DNA of 64,000 bases from Octopus sinensis. Its lineage: Eukaryota. Under the pieces are notes generated by a model. The model was given only the letters and a program-made list of their open reading frames with translations. It had not been told where the DNA came from and ran no database searches. A program made the position numbers and the translations under genes. The DNA lies in contig NC_042997.1 in NCBI RefSeq assembly GCF_006345805.1, positions 132,928,001 to 132,992,000 of the forward strand, written 5' to 3'. Of the stretch, positions 13,059 through 26,971 are shown in pieces (within the stretch, counting starts at the first letter, position 1; the number at the start of each line of letters is the position of its first letter).

Positions 13059-15021
13059 TTGACAGCATATTAGACGCACTGGCATATTAGACGCACCCTC
13101 ATTTCAGCAGGTCAAATTCAGGAAAAAAGTTTTAAGTGTATTTAAGCATATATTGTTGAAAGCAGTCTAGCAGCACATTACAAAAGCAGAAAACATTGCT
13201 GTATAAAAGCAAGCATCCAAAAGGAAAGCATACAAATTACTATAGTAATCATCTTTAATCATCTTTTTAACCAGAAAACTCTTCATCATCTTCTACACCA
13301 GAAAAGTCTTCATCATCTTCAAAACAAGGAACATCTTCATCACTACTGCTGAAATCACTGTCTTCAAATAATGCATCATCTTCTGTGCCATCAAGGGCAT
13401 TGCTAATGCCACTCTTCTTAAAAGCCTTCACAATGATTTCAGGCTTAACATCATCCCAAGATTTCTTCACCCACTCACACACTTCAGCAATGGTGGGCCG
13501 CTTCATTCTTCCTGGGGGTGTGAGGGCATGATGTGGCTCTGCCATCCACTTGTTCCAATGTTCACGCATGTTCTGCTTAAATGGCTTATTCACTGACACA
13601 TCTAAAGGCTGCAATTGGCTCGTCAGTCCACCAGGAATGACAGCTAACTGCGTTTTCAATTCTCCCACCCTTTTTTTAATGGCTTCAGTTCTATGTGCTC
13701 TAACCAGAAGGGAAGGTTTTCTTAATAGTCCACCAGGACGCCTTGACCATATATTTTGTAACCACAGTTTCATTCCATTTTCGTCCATTCAGCCTTTTTC
13801 GTGAACATGAACTAGTACACCTCTTGGAATTTTATCCTTAGGCTGAGTTTTTCTCTTAAATATAAAAAGAGGTGGCAGTTTTATGCCATCAGCACAACAG
13901 GCCAGAGCTACTGTATAGTGGGTCTTTTCGTGGCCAGTGGTTTTTTATCGAAACCGTTTTAGACCCTTTGACACTCACAGTCCTGTTGGATGGTACATCA
14001 AATGTGAGTGGAACTTCGTCCATATTCCCTATTTGGACCAGTTCAAAACAAGTTTTCTTTCTTGCATTTATAACAAATCTATGAAAATCTAATATTTTTT
14101 CTTCATAATCAGCAGGCATTTTTTGTACAATGGATGTTTTTGTACGCATTGATAAACCCTTCCGTTTCATAAACCTGTAACACCAACCTTCTGTTCCTGC
14201 AAAGTTATGTATCCTTCGTTGTTCTGCTACTCTCATGGCCTCATGAATTATCATTTTGGTAGGTACACTTCTCCCTGAGTTTCTCTCATCAAGCACCCAC
14301 GTTTTTATATCATCCTCAAGTTCTGGCCAATGTGGGGCTGGGCAACGAAGGCTATGTTTACCTTTCTGTGCTCTCATCAGCTGCTCTTCTTGCTGTCGCC
14401 AGACACGTATCATTTTTTCTGTAGGTGGTGGCCCAAAAACCCTTGCTGCTGCTCTATTTCCATGCTCCTTGGCATAATCTACCACTCGTAGTTTGTAGGA
14501 GATTTTGTAGCTTGATCTTTCTGCTGCTATAGCCGTGAGGGTGCTTGTACTGTTGTAGTGTGCTTTGTTATGATCATAAACTTTGTTGTACCAAGATATC
14601 CAACCTACCTCCGTATATACACGAACTCGCAACGATCATGTGCATTCCGTAGTTTTACTCCTCACCGTCAGATGGCATCGAGTTAGGGTTCCAATCAGCT
14701 GATATTAGTAAACGTGTGTAATGGATCGCAGCCTAACAATTTACGGTAGATTGCTTTGATTTTTACGATAATTCGTATTTTAAAGTAATAATACTGGTAA
14801 TAATAATAATAATAATAGCAATAAAATAATGATGCATGAGTACGGAAAATATCATTAAGGCGTTAGCGTAGGTAGAAATACTTATCGTAAGCTAGGTTAG
14901 TGAGCGTCTGGGAGAAGATTAGCCTGTGGGATGGTCTTGACTTCGCATATTAGACGCAGGGCGATTTTTTGAGCCAAATATTTTGCAAAAAAGTGCGTCC
15001 TATATGCCGTCAAATACGGTA
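13059..15021 (-). mobile_element. pogo/Tigger-family DNA transposon
   Basis: TIRs ttgacagcatattagacgcact (13059) and agtgcgtcctatatgccgtcaaatacggta (to 15021); encodes a BrkDBD/CENP-B-HTH/DDE_1-type transposase. Confidence 0.9.
13267..14535 (-). pseudogene. pogo-like (POGK/Tigger-type) transposase, frameshifted near 13900
   Basis: SYKISYKLRVVDYAKEHGNRAAAR (BrkDBD-like), WPELEDDIKTW...GWCYRFMKR (CENP-B HTH), IGNMDEVPLTFD, GWMDE, QPLDVSVNKPFK, acidic tail. The 2nd catalytic-Asp segment appears deleted (LLV-RAH). Confidence 0.88.
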
Positions 15022-16889
15022 ATTGACTAGCCTTCTTTCCCCAAAATTTCCAAGGCTTTGTGCCTAAAGTAGAAGTAATTATTACTTACAGCAAGTAGTT
15101 CACGATATTCAAAATGTCTGTAGGGTTTTAAAAGAAATTGAGCAGCTATAAACACACTCCTTCATAGGTTAGGTTGCATATTGGTAGAGTGTAGAAGTTT
15201 TTTGCCCTTTTACGTTTGCAGACCCCAAAGGATTGCCCGAGTATCGAAATTGTTATCAAAAGTTGCCTTAGATGATTTGATTAGATGAAGAAGGTGATTT
15301 GAAAAGATGCTAACAGTTTGCTTTTACTTTGGATATAGGTATTTAGTAAGAAAAATGTTTTGATTGATGTCATATTTTTTATAGAAAAGGATATTAGGGG
15401 CCGATTCCTATATCCTCAAACTTCGGTTCCCATAACCACAAAGGGTATGGATACTCTCGGTAAATATTTCGTTTTCTTTTTTGTAGAAATTGTAGAAATC
15501 GAAATCAAATTGTAAATGGCATATAGTTTTTCCGGAGAGCGAGATTTAAGATGCGTTGAAATTACCAATTCCAGTAGATCTTCTGGAAAATAATTCCATA
15601 TTTAGATACCTAAGTGGAACTTTCTTGCTATATCTTGTGTCATTGCATTGGGCACCAACAGGATCTAAGTGCAGGTACTAGCAGCAATAATTCATCTATC
15701 TTCCAACGGGCTGCAGATTACATATTTAAATAAAAACCGTTTATGTTAACCTCAATATGTCATGAATGAAAAAAACCTATGATTAAAATCCAGCCATGAC
15801 CATCCCGTTTTTTATTCAGGTATCGTACATGTAAAATACTACGTTAGCCAATGAAGTCTGAAATGTGATATTTATAAGAGAGTATGGTGTCATTTAAGAA
15901 AGCTTATCTGCTTTTTCTAGCAGGTTGAGCGAGCAAGTAGAAGCACCATTGTTAGTTCCAGTTGTCGCTGCAATTTGTCTTCTTTATGTAGAAGACACTT
16001 TATAACATTTTAACAACATCAGTTTCATCAAACGCAATTATCTCAACAGCTAGCATTTCGATGAAATCCAGTTGTATCTAGTAGACAGTCGCTCATCCAT
16101 CTGCATTAAACGTGTTAGCGATTTTACATAGCTCTCTATAGTTTTGTTACTATAGGAGTGCTTAGCCCACATCCGATTTCAATCCATGGCAACACAGCAA
16201 ATTTCGATTAATTTCTCATAGCCAATTTGCAATTGAATTCTTGATAGATTTGTCCGCCTTAATATTGCCATTTATTTCTGTTATGTCGTTTAAAGTGTTA
16301 TAGAATTGTAAACAGTATATGAATGTAATGCTCTAATAATGTCGTAGTGTCTGCTGTTGTTGATGCTTTTATTAATGCTGTTAGCATCATTACTTGTTAT
16401 TGTCGTTTAGTCTCAGTTTAACCCTGCTGAAAAAAAAATATCTATGATCGAAGATCTTCCACCATAACCAGCTCAGTTTTCATTGAGACATGACAAAATG
16501 TATCTGGGACTACGTTATCCAACTGGTTACAAAACAGAATCAATAGAATATCGATCGAAAAGGAGGTTTAAAGGTTCCCAAAACACAATGGGCTGAGATT
16601 AAATGTTCCCTGAGAAACATCGAAATTCCTTTTTCCCTACGGCATACAAATTTAACAAACCGCACATACTTTACCAAGTAAAGTATCTGTACCGCTAATT
16701 ATTTCCACGAATACATTTTATTTATTAAACACAGGAAGATATTTAATCAAGCTAGCTATCTACCGGAAAAAAATTGAGGATAACTTAAATAATATGGTTT
16801 GCCAAAGCCTTGTTAGTGGATTTGGTAGACGGAAACTGAAAGAAGCCTGTCATGTACATGCATTTTTATATATATATATATATATATAT

Positions 16890-17023
16890 TACTGTGTCCC
16901 TTTCTATAGAAGAGCGTAGGCTCGAAACGTAAAAGACTTTTTCTATTCCTGAGCGTTATACTAATACATCTGTTTGTTTTGTACACCACCTGTCTTCGTC
17001 TTTTGTTCTTTTTCGTAAACTCT

Positions 17024-17027
<4 letters not shown>
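16890..17027 (+). mobile_element. Neptune-PLE 3'-end fragment (HHR-like motif at 16900-16936)
   Basis: Reverse complement of 1749-1880; bounded by (TA)n. Confidence 0.7.
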
Positions 17028-17059
<32 letters not shown>

Positions 17060-17770
17060 TTTACTCTTTTACTTCTTTCAGTCATTTGACTGTGGTCATG
17101 ATGGAGCACCACATTTAGTCAAGCAAATCGACCTCAATAAGCCAAATGTGTGCGTTTCTTCCTTATTCGTTTCTCCATATGTGATTTTTCCGTCTGATTC
17201 CTTCCCTTTTCTGTCAATCAGGTTTGCCTCTCCCTCCTCCCAACCCAGTTTCTTTTTCTCTCCCCCCACTCTCTCCATCCTCCCTTTCCTGTATGAATAT
17301 TGATATAGTTTCAAGTAATTCAAGTGCTCTCATGCTTCCAGTGAATTTAAATTTATACTTTGATGGAAAACATTTGATATTCTAATGTTTCCATCATCAT
17401 AGATGTTACGAGGACAACGGCATTGTTGACACTATTGTTGTTATTATTGTTGCTGCTACTGTTGCTACTGGTGGTGGTATTGATTTTAATAATGGTAATG
17501 ATGATGATAACGATGATGATGTCGAGGATGAAGATTATGACGACGACGACAGAAGATGGAAATAATGAAAACAATGCTGCTGTACCTGTTGCTGCTGCTA
17601 CTGACGACGACGACGATGCCAGTGGCACTAATGGTGACGATGAGCATGATGATGAGGACGGTGATGATGATGATGATGATGAAGACAACCACCTGGTCCT
17701 TGATAATGATGAGCAAATGTAGAACATACTCAGAATGCTAAGTGATGACGATGAAAATGATGAGGATATC

Positions 17771-17771
17771 G

Positions 17772-17828
<57 letters not shown>

Positions 17829-18215
17829 GAATGAGAGAGCAGTGCATGCTATCAAAGTGATACTGGGGTAAAATATACGAAGCCCAGTATACCCACCATG
17901 ACTACCCGTCTGATAAGGATACACTAGGCACATGCATCACAACCATATGTGTGCAACATGGTGATCTCATATCAAGATTAACAACCAGCACATGACCTTG
18001 CAGGTGGGGCCCAGTTAGAATTTTCTTCAGGTCGAGTAGCCCATTCCACTCAAAAGGTCTCTGAATAAAACTTGTTTAAGGAAGTTGAACGAAACACACA
18101 TGTTTCCAGAGATGAATTATCCAAATCCCAAAGAATTCCTCCCAACACATGGCTATGATGCTCCTCCACTATTTCTTGTCGTGATCAGAGATGCACATAT
18201 TATCAGACACTAAAG
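17771..18215 (-). mobile_element. Retroposon 3' end with (AAT)n tail (family unassigned)
   Basis: Same sequence as 32180-32640 in reverse orientation, ending in an (ATT)n run. Confidence 0.7.
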
Positions 18216-18351
18216 GATTATTAGTATTAATATCACCATCGACAACCTCATCCTCATTATCAGTGTTGAAGGTGATAATATATTGTTATTATTGAAAACA
18301 CAATTATTGTTGCTTTTATCATTATTATTATTATTGTTATTATTATTATTA

Positions 18352-18399
<48 letters not shown>

Positions 18400-18639
18400 T
18401 ATTATTATTATTACTGCTATTCTTGTTATTGTATCAGCGTATGATTGAAATACGAAACAGCTACAAATATCAAATATGAATATAATTTATGATGACGGTG
18501 TAAGGTTGGTGGTCCAGTGGATAATGATGATGATGAAGACTATAAAGATGGATGGTGAAGCCGTGATTATAGTAGCAATAAAAATAACACACCCACAACA
18601 ACAACAAAAATAATGCATAAATAATTTAATGATGATGAT

Positions 18640-18810
18640 GAGAAGAAGAAGAAGAAGAAGAAGGAGAAGAAGAAGAAGGAGAAGAAGAAGAAGAAGAAGA
18701 AGAAGAAGAAGAAGAAGAAGAAGAAGAAGAAGAAGAAGAAGAAGAAGAAGAAGAAGAAGAAGAAGAAGAAGAAGAAGAAGAAGAAGAAGAAGAAGAAGGA
18801 GAAGAAGAAT
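18640..18810. repeat. (AGA)n microsatellite, ~170 bp
   Basis: Direct reading; the poly-R and poly-S ORFs are artefacts. Confidence 0.95.
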
Positions 18811-20260
18811 CGTGATAAAACACGTTAACTGTGTTCATTATTATAATTAACGAGCGATTAAACTATTTAATTCGTACGAGGTTACCTCCTCTTTTTGTTC
18901 TACTGCATTACTAGGAGGCATTACAGGATTGCTAAAATCGACATCAGTTCATGACTGCAACTGTATTTATTTATAATCGATCCCTGGGAGACTAAAAGAT
19001 AAAGCTGATCATGCAATGCAGAGATTTGAACTTAGAACGTAATGGGTCAGGAGTAAATACCGCTAGGCACTTTGTCCAACGTTCTAAAGATTCCATTTTG
19101 TCCCTGTTACACATATTACTTTGTGTCTTGCTCTGTGTGAAACATTTACCACTGCTATAAAGATATCTTTGGAATATTTCTCTTTTTCTCTTTTTGTCCT
19201 GATGGAAAAACATGGTGCATAAATCTTCACAAGGCCTTTGAGACAGGTAAAATGGTGGGGGGGGGGGGAAGGATGGTATTTTCAAAGGGTTGGGACCTCG
19301 TCTGAATGTTTGCGTTGGGTGTTGGGGGTTAAACCGGGTGACTGATTAAGCCTACCACCCAAGTTGCTGCCTTTGTTGTCGTCGGTCTTGAACTTTCGCA
19401 CTTATGATCAAAGACGTTCCAGTGATGAACATGCAGTTCTGTCATATTTTTCCCAGACGTTATTATCCAATAGTTCTGGAACAACATGAGTTCAAGAACT
19501 ATGTGATTCTTGAGAAATTTAACTTCCGACTCGAAGGTTGCTGCTGTTTAACACTTGGATGATATATTTGTTTTTGCAGCGCCGTTTAGTTTAGCAACTG
19601 ATATCTGAATATTTTAAAGTAGTCGGCATTGATCTGCTTTTGCCCCCAGCACCACCGTGTTGCTAACACTATTTTTGAATGATGCTAGAAGTGTTTTAAT
19701 ACCAATGGAATGGATTTCCTCTGTAGTCCAATCAAATCCCAGTGGTCGTTGCCAGTGCTAGTGCAGTGAATACGTTGTAGTTTAACATCTTGAATATGAA
19801 AGTTCTGACGCTATATATTGAAAAATTTGAGTAAATGACTTTGTTTTGTTTTTCGCTGTATTTATCTTCACAAAATCTTTTATGTTTTTATGACTGATAT
19901 TTTAATCTATGCCTAAGTATTTATAGCATCCATTCTTCGAACAACAGGATATACAGAGACCATTGACGTAAATGGTTTTCGTTTGTAAAGCAGTTTTCCT
20001 ATGTTTAGCTCTATTAATTATTAACATTTCTACTAGTAAATTCCAGCCTTAAGTCGGTTGTAAACGTTGATATTAAAAACCCACCTGTTTCTGAGCATTC
20101 TACATATTTCCTGTGTAGATCTCTAGACTATCAACAAAGAAATTGTGTGCTCTGTAGGTGTTTCTTGCATAAACCACTTAGATTTTGTAGAAAAGGTAAT
20201 AACATCTATACTAAAATAAACAGAAGCACAAGCTGCCTGCCTCTTTTGAATCTATATCTA

Positions 20261-20331
<71 letters not shown>

Positions 20332-20360
20332 ATATATATATATATATAATATATATATAT

Positions 20361-20497
20361 AACGGGAAGCTTTATGAAAATAAACAAAAGACGAAGGCAG
20401 GTGGAAAACAAACGAACAATTGTATTAGTATGGCGCTCAGGAAATATAAATAAAACAAGTCTTTAACGTTTCGAGCCTACGCTCTTCAACAGAAAGA
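20361..20497 (-). mobile_element. Neptune-PLE 3'-end fragment (HHR-like motif at 20460-20497)
   Basis: Essentially identical to 51130-51265; both ends in (TA)n. Confidence 0.8.
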
Positions 20498-20749
20498 TAT
20501 ATATATATATATATATAAGGTATTGGAATCTTACATTGTTATAAACTCTATATTTGTAAGGACCCATTTTAAATTCTGTTGGATTTTACTCATAAAGTAT
20601 TGGAACCTTACATATATACCATTCTGCCTAAAAAATGGATCTACAACTTCAATATCCCTACATATCTTGCGTGTATTTTCTTTCCTCCTCCTCACTTTCT
20701 ATTTTGCATCCTATCTAAACTAATTATTATTTAACCATCCTCTCACACC

Positions 20750-20802
20750 GTCTCCGATGAAGGGATATAATTAATAAATATCCTAGAAACAGCTGTAAAA
20801 AC
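20750..20802 (+). ncRNA. Degenerate minimal hammerhead-like motif in a probable PLE pseudo-LTR remnant (~20520-20860)
   Basis: gtct CCGATGA ag ggatat...atatcc ta GAAA cagctg TA aaaac: 6-bp stem II and palindromic stem III; stem I broken. Confidence 0.45.
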
Positions 20803-20883
20803 TTCTATCTATAAATGTTCTAATATCTAAACAGCATTGGGTTTTTTTTATCTCATTACGCAAAAAATTCTTATATATATATA

Positions 20884-22490
20884 CTAGCAGGGATACACGG
20901 CGTTGCCCGGTTACATTCAATTGAAGAATCAGACTTTTCTGTTATATCTTCTGTAATGAACTGGAATATCTATGTTTCGAATTTCATCAAAACTGCAGAT
21001 GAGGGTTATTTCCCTCTTTACACACCCTAAAAAATTGTAATCGTGCCACATGTATCCCATACTACTGATTTTTATGCGCATATTCCAAAATTCCAGTCTT
21101 ATTGAACCTGTTAAAAAGATTTTGCTCCTTAAAAATGAAGGTCATGGAGCTCTAAAATGTGAGAGTTAAGGCCCCTGTTGGGGGTGGGCATCTTAATGTC
21201 AACCAGAGAAGTTGAATTGTTGAAAATCTTTTTAACTTGGGTCTTATATCTATTGTTTGAATTTCTTTGAAATAGGAAATATATGTTCACTGGGTTTGTA
21301 AAAGAGAGCAAAGCTACAGGAAATCAAAAGACGAATGATCACAATAAGCAGTCAGTTACCCTACCATAGTCGTTACCATTCCCAATGTAGGATTCCTCAC
21401 CATCCAGGTGACAGGCACAGCCGTAAGATGCATTACGAATCTATAGCAATTGAAAGGGCGTGACCCAACTGAAATAAACATTAACAACTGTGAGACGTGA
21501 GGGCTAAGGAGAAATGAAAGTGTCACCTCTGGAGTTTGCAAATGACAACTATACTGATACGTAACTGGACAGAATAAATTTACAATCTATAAATGTCTTT
21601 GAATAAGCAGTCACTCATATGGGAAGGCCTTGAAATCAATGTTACCATCTGGGGACTATGTGTGACCCAGTGATAATAAAAAGACTGAAAGGAGGTATGC
21701 AATCAAATAACTTTACCCAACACTTTGCAACTGAATCAGTGGAGGCAAAGATGCTTCTCATTTACTTGACAATTTATGCAACACATTGCAGAAATCACAA
21801 TGTAAGTGTATGTCAAGGCAAACTGTTACACTGTTGTACCATTGAATTAGAAATAATGCCCAACTTTTATGCTCGGGTAACCCTACAGCTTCCAAGAGCA
21901 CAAATGTATTCTTTTTTTGCTTAGATAAAATGACAAAATTGTGGGTGTTAAGTCCCCATGGAGGGGTCTTTCTAACTTTGTAAGAAGATGAAATTTTATA
22001 AATATTACTTCATTTGTGTCTAATATCTATGGTTAAAATTTCATCAACGGCAAAAATATATGAATTTTCATGGGGGTTATGGCCCTTATGCATAAAATAT
22101 AATTTCCAAATTTCATAAAGATCCATTCAGTACTCTTTTCTATGGAAGCTTTTCATTACTTTGAATGACTTGTAAGCATTTACTATTACAAGAGTATGAT
22201 TACTAATTAATATTTGTAATACCTATCCTTTGATTTTCGGAAAAAGAAAATTGTCGGTTGTCGAAACTGTGATTACTTTTAGAATTGCCGTAAATCTTCG
22301 AGGATAGTCCGCCCTTGAGTATAATACGCAGGGGATTTTTAGGGGGCTGTACCTCTGAAAAACCTAAACCTTGTGTATAAAATTCACCCCATCTCTAACT
22401 TGAGTCAAGGAGGTCTATATAACGTCTTTGGTTTGTAAAAATGTATACGGTAACGTCCTTTATTATTATTATTATTATTATATATATAAC
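20884..22490 (-). mobile_element. Probable Helitron: 3' end at 20884, 5' end uncertain (~22490)
   Basis: Minus-strand cgg-gcaacg-ccg hairpin followed by ...CTAG|T at 20884; same terminal signature as 23251-23781. Confidence 0.45.
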
Positions 22491-22934
22491 ATAATACAAA
22501 CGTATAGCTTTTTTGTGCATTTTATTTGCAGAAAATAAAGAAATAACAGTAATAACGGTAATAATGTCTAATAAATATTGCTTACTTCAAGTTATGGATG
22601 ATTCTTTTATGACTTCATTGCTTTCAGACTTAGCTTAAGGTATTTTCGCGCCCGACATCACAAAATGCGTCTGAATAAACATTGCCAGACAGCAAATAGA
22701 CTCGGACATTGCGTACAGAATAATTTTTATGTTTAATCTCGTATATAGTACGCACTAGGGATTTTGACATTTAAATTTTTGGGGGGTGGGGGGATGCGGA
22801 TTATACTCGAGGATTTACGGTATTTAAAATTGGTTATTTTTCCTTCCACTTATTCATTAAAAACCTTATGGAGCCGATAAAAGAATTTTATCGCAGTCTG
22901 TAAGTTAAAGAGCTTTGATAGATATATTGGTTTC

Positions 22935-23142
22935 AACTTTTGGCACAGGACCAGCAATTACGAGGAGGGGACGAGTCGATTACACTGACCCCAGTATTCA
23001 ACTAGTACTTATTTTATCGACCTCGAATTGATGAAACGTAAAGTCGACCTCAGCGGAATTTGAACTCAGAACGTAAAGACGGATGAAATACCGACAAGCA
23101 ATATACTCACCGTGCTAATGATTCTACCAGCTCACCGCCTTT
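22935..23142 (-). mobile_element. Nin-like SINE
   Basis: ttttatcgacc...gtcgacctcagcggaatttgaactcagaacgt...ccagctcaccgcct. Confidence 0.75.
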
Positions 23143-23250
23143 CAAGCATATTTTAAGAGAAATCTCACGTTTGATAATGTTCATGACAGTGTTATTGTCC
23201 TTTCTTATTTGTCTTTTTTACTGACGAAGCGAATTCAATGTTTTGAGATA

Positions 23251-23781
23251 TCTATATATATAAAACTGTAGCTGTGTGAGTGTCTGTCCCCTTCGATTTA
23301 GATTCCTAACTACTCCCACATTTTGCGGTGCAGTTTAACCAAATTCGGGTATCTTATAGTCGTGATTCATATCGAGCCCGTCTGGCTATTAGCACGCGTC
23401 TACGATGAGTCTACGATTTAAAAAATAATTTAACATCATTTTTTATTCCATTTTAATGCACATTTTTTCGTGTGTCGATGGCGGCGGAGTTGGCGTCCAC
23501 GCTCACGCCTGCACCTGTTTGCTTCTCCCCCTTCTTCCCTCCCTCGTGAAACTGTGGGGAAGGGAGTGTAAGGAAATCAACGTCGTAATGCGTTGTCAAG
23601 GAGACCAGCGTTCTTTTAGAACAACGACTTCATGGCTTGAAGACACTGAGTCAACGATTTAAAAAAAAATTATCAAGATTTTTTATTCCATTTTTAATGC
23701 ATTTTTTTGCTATAACTCTCTAAAAATGCTTATATAGTTATTTCCCTTACAAACCCGAGCAACGCCGGGCGATACTGCTAG
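23251..23781 (+). mobile_element. Non-autonomous Helitron (531 bp)
   Basis: Inserted between A (23250) and T (23782); 5' TCTATATATATAAA; 3' hairpin cccg-agcaacgc-cggg then CTAG; no TSD. Confidence 0.85.
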
Positions 23782-24276
23782 TAAGATATATAATGCAATC
23801 TGAATAACACCAAGACGCTGAGCAAAGTTTCCATATATAACAACGAAAGATGCAGCTACAGATCTAAGCTGGTTTAAATTGGCGATATATTTATTAAGTA
23901 AAATGTGCGGACACAAGCTTCTGAAAGGTCCTTCACACAAGAACGGCAGTTACCGAGTCACTCATTCATATCCTTTACAGAATTCACGTACGAATACAAT
24001 CATGCACACACATACACACACATATGGTTTTACTGTACTTATAATTGGTTTTAATATTATATTCGTATTTCAGTTTGTTTTGCTCAACACGTATGTCATT
24101 CGCATAGTTTTGAAATTTATACGTTTTGTAACAACACCATTTTCTACCGCTACGTTCTTTGTCCATCTGATATGTGCATCAAGATGTATTTTCATTTGCA
24201 GCTTGTGGTTAATCATTTATCTCCCCTCTTTCCATTACTCTCTCTTTCACTCTCTCTCCACACACATACATATATG

Positions 24277-24324
<48 letters not shown>

Positions 24325-24418
24325 TGTTTATGTGTATGTATATATATTTATAAATATTTATATATACGCATACATATTTATGTGTGTATATATATATAAT
24401 TACATACATATATATATA

Positions 24419-24454
<36 letters not shown>

Positions 24455-24539
24455 AATTTATATATAAATACATAAATAAAAATATTTACATTTATATACA
24501 CACACACACACACACACACAACACACACACACACACACA

Positions 24540-24572
<33 letters not shown>

Positions 24573-25214
24573 TATATATTTACATTTATATATACATACA
24601 CACACACACACATATATATATATATTTACATTTATATATACAGACACACATATATATATATATATATGTATATATACACGCACCTATACATACGTGTGTG
24701 TATAAGTGCATGCATATGCATACAAGCACATATGAATGAATATATATATCATGACCAGGAATTAGTATCGTTATACACATATACATGCACGCACGTAGAA
24801 TCACAGTCGTGTCAAGTGTGTTATTAATAAGAACCGTTCAGAAGCATCACGATGTTTATGTAGTAACCGAAACTGAAGTTGGTAGATGGGATTCTAATTA
24901 ACGAAGAGATTTCCTCGCCATTTCCACCTGCACTTTGTCGCCTTCAGTACCTCCTACACAACTACACACCAGTAACAACATCAGCAGTGTAAATCATTGG
25001 GCCTCTAACCACCACTGTCATTATCGTTATGTTCCGCACCGCCTTTTCACCGCATATCATGACATGAATAACATACATATATTTGGCTTGGTATAACGTT
25101 ACTTTCGCATAGATATATCTGGATGTCAGATGTTTGTTGCCTCTTGTAATCTTTTAAAAATTTATTTATTTATATATTTATAATAATAATAATAATAATA
25201 ATAGTAATAATATT

Positions 25215-25445
25215 GAGTGAGAGAGAGCAGTGCATGCCATCAAAGTGACACTGGGGTAAAATATACGAAGCCCAGTATATCCATCATGACTACCCGTCTG
25301 ATAAGGGTACGCCAGGCACATGCATCACAAGCAAATGTGCACGACATGGTGATGTATGTGCCTGGTGTACCCTTATCAGACGGGTAGTCATGATGGGTAT
25401 ACTGGGCTTCGCATATTTTACCCCAGTGTCACTTTGATGGCATTA
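25215..25445. repeat. Palindrome of two head-to-head copies of the (AAT)n-tailed retroposon 3' end
   Basis: 25229-25322 is the reverse complement of ~25346-25443; (AAT)n on the left, (ATT)n on the right. Confidence 0.85.
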
Positions 25446-25488
<43 letters not shown>

Positions 25489-26109
25489 GCTAAAACTATT
25501 TTACACTTTTAAAAACTTCTGTGGGATCTGCAATATTTTTGGAGTTTTATGTTTGTTGTTTTGAAAAGCAGCATTGTCAGTATACTATGTTTTAACAATC
25601 TGTTTATCGTTCTTATCAGAAGAAATTAGTGAAACTCAAGGAGGAGCTTAAAGTGTCGCGTCGTGTAATATGTTAAGTTGTTTGCAAGTAAAATAAAGGC
25701 GTGATTTAGCTGCTATTAGCAACGGGATACCTATCTGTTTGATATCATAAAAATTGGTTTCAACAATTACTCATACGCAAGCGCACTACGAACACACACA
25801 CACTCATACACGCGCATGAATGTATAAACTTTGTTGTTGCTGTTATTATGTTTAGTAATCCGTTGAGAAGCTGAAATATCTTTTCGCGCTTCTGACACAT
25901 TTGGATTCAGTGAGAATGGGAATGTTGGTTATCTGATGTAACTGTGATTAGCATACATATATCAGTGTATGCTCAAAACGTCAAAAACTCTTTCTTCTTA
26001 CCGAACGTCAAACCAATATATTCCATGTGCACGTCCTCTTCTTGTTTGTTATTGTAATTTTTAATGTTCGTTTATTTGATTTAACTATATGTGTGTGTGT
26101 GTGTGTGTG

Positions 26110-26390
26110 TGGTTAGGGTAGAGGACTCGCTGTTGTAGGATCGCCGTTTCGATTCCCAGACCGGGCGTTGTGAGTGTTTATTGAGCGAAAACGCTTAAAG
26201 CTCCACGAGGCTCCGGCAGCGAGTAGTGGCGATCTCTGCTGTACTCTTTCGCCACAAATTTCTCTCTCTTTCTTCTGTTGGCCTGCTTGCTTAGCCAGCG
26301 GGGTGGTGTCATTTCAAGGCTAAAACAATGCGAAGCGCATTGTGACCAGCGATGTGTAGCAACATCTGATAGCCTGGTCGGTCACGGTGA
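26110..26390 (+). mobile_element. tRNA SINE (same head as 8703, different tail)
   Basis: Head gtggttaggg..ggactcgc..gtttcgattccc; tail matches the reverse complement of 33015-33100. Confidence 0.8.
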
Positions 26391-26869
26391 TATATATATA
26401 TATTCACTCCGAATTTGTGTAAATGTGTATAGAATGATATATCAGTTGAATAAAATTTACAAAATGGTCTGGTTTTCACGTTTTCTATTATTGTATTTAA
26501 ATGAGTTTTTACAATATTGAAGTGTGTTAAACATTAAAAAAACTATTATGTAATGTTCGTAAAATACAATTAGCACTTTCATACGTTCGTAGTAATCATC
26601 AGATTTTAAAATGTTAGAGTAGCCGTGGTATGCACCTCGCTTGAATATTTAACACTTCCGTGGTTCCGCTCGCTATGAAACATTTCTTAACTCTTGTATT
26701 CTAATTCACCTACCGTGAAATATTAAAAAAAAATAAAAAGAACTGTATCTCAATTTACCGTACTTCGATAATAAAAACAAGTCCACAACCTTCCGCCTCA
26801 ATAAAACTATTGTCCCTGAAAGTTGTTTTTTCAATATTTACTACGGATTACTTGAAGCTAATCCTTCGA

Positions 26870-26918
<49 letters not shown>

Positions 26919-26933
26919 TACATATATATATAT

Positions 26934-26971
<38 letters not shown>

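Larger units (their letters stand above)
12964..15080 (+). mobile_element. Nin-like SINE split by the pogo insertion (halves 12964-13058 and 15022-15080)
   Basis: Left half ends ...cactgggggt; right half attgactagccttctttccccaaaatttc continues the SINE as in 4985-5050. Confidence 0.6.

Noticed and set aside
15120-15700. Possible decayed LINE C-terminus on the minus strand
   Set aside because: Multiple stops and no diagnostic motif.
17353-17760. Acidic D/E-rich 99-aa ORF (17423-17722)
   Set aside because: Built from degenerate GAT/GAC/GTT trinucleotide repeats; no domain or splice evidence.
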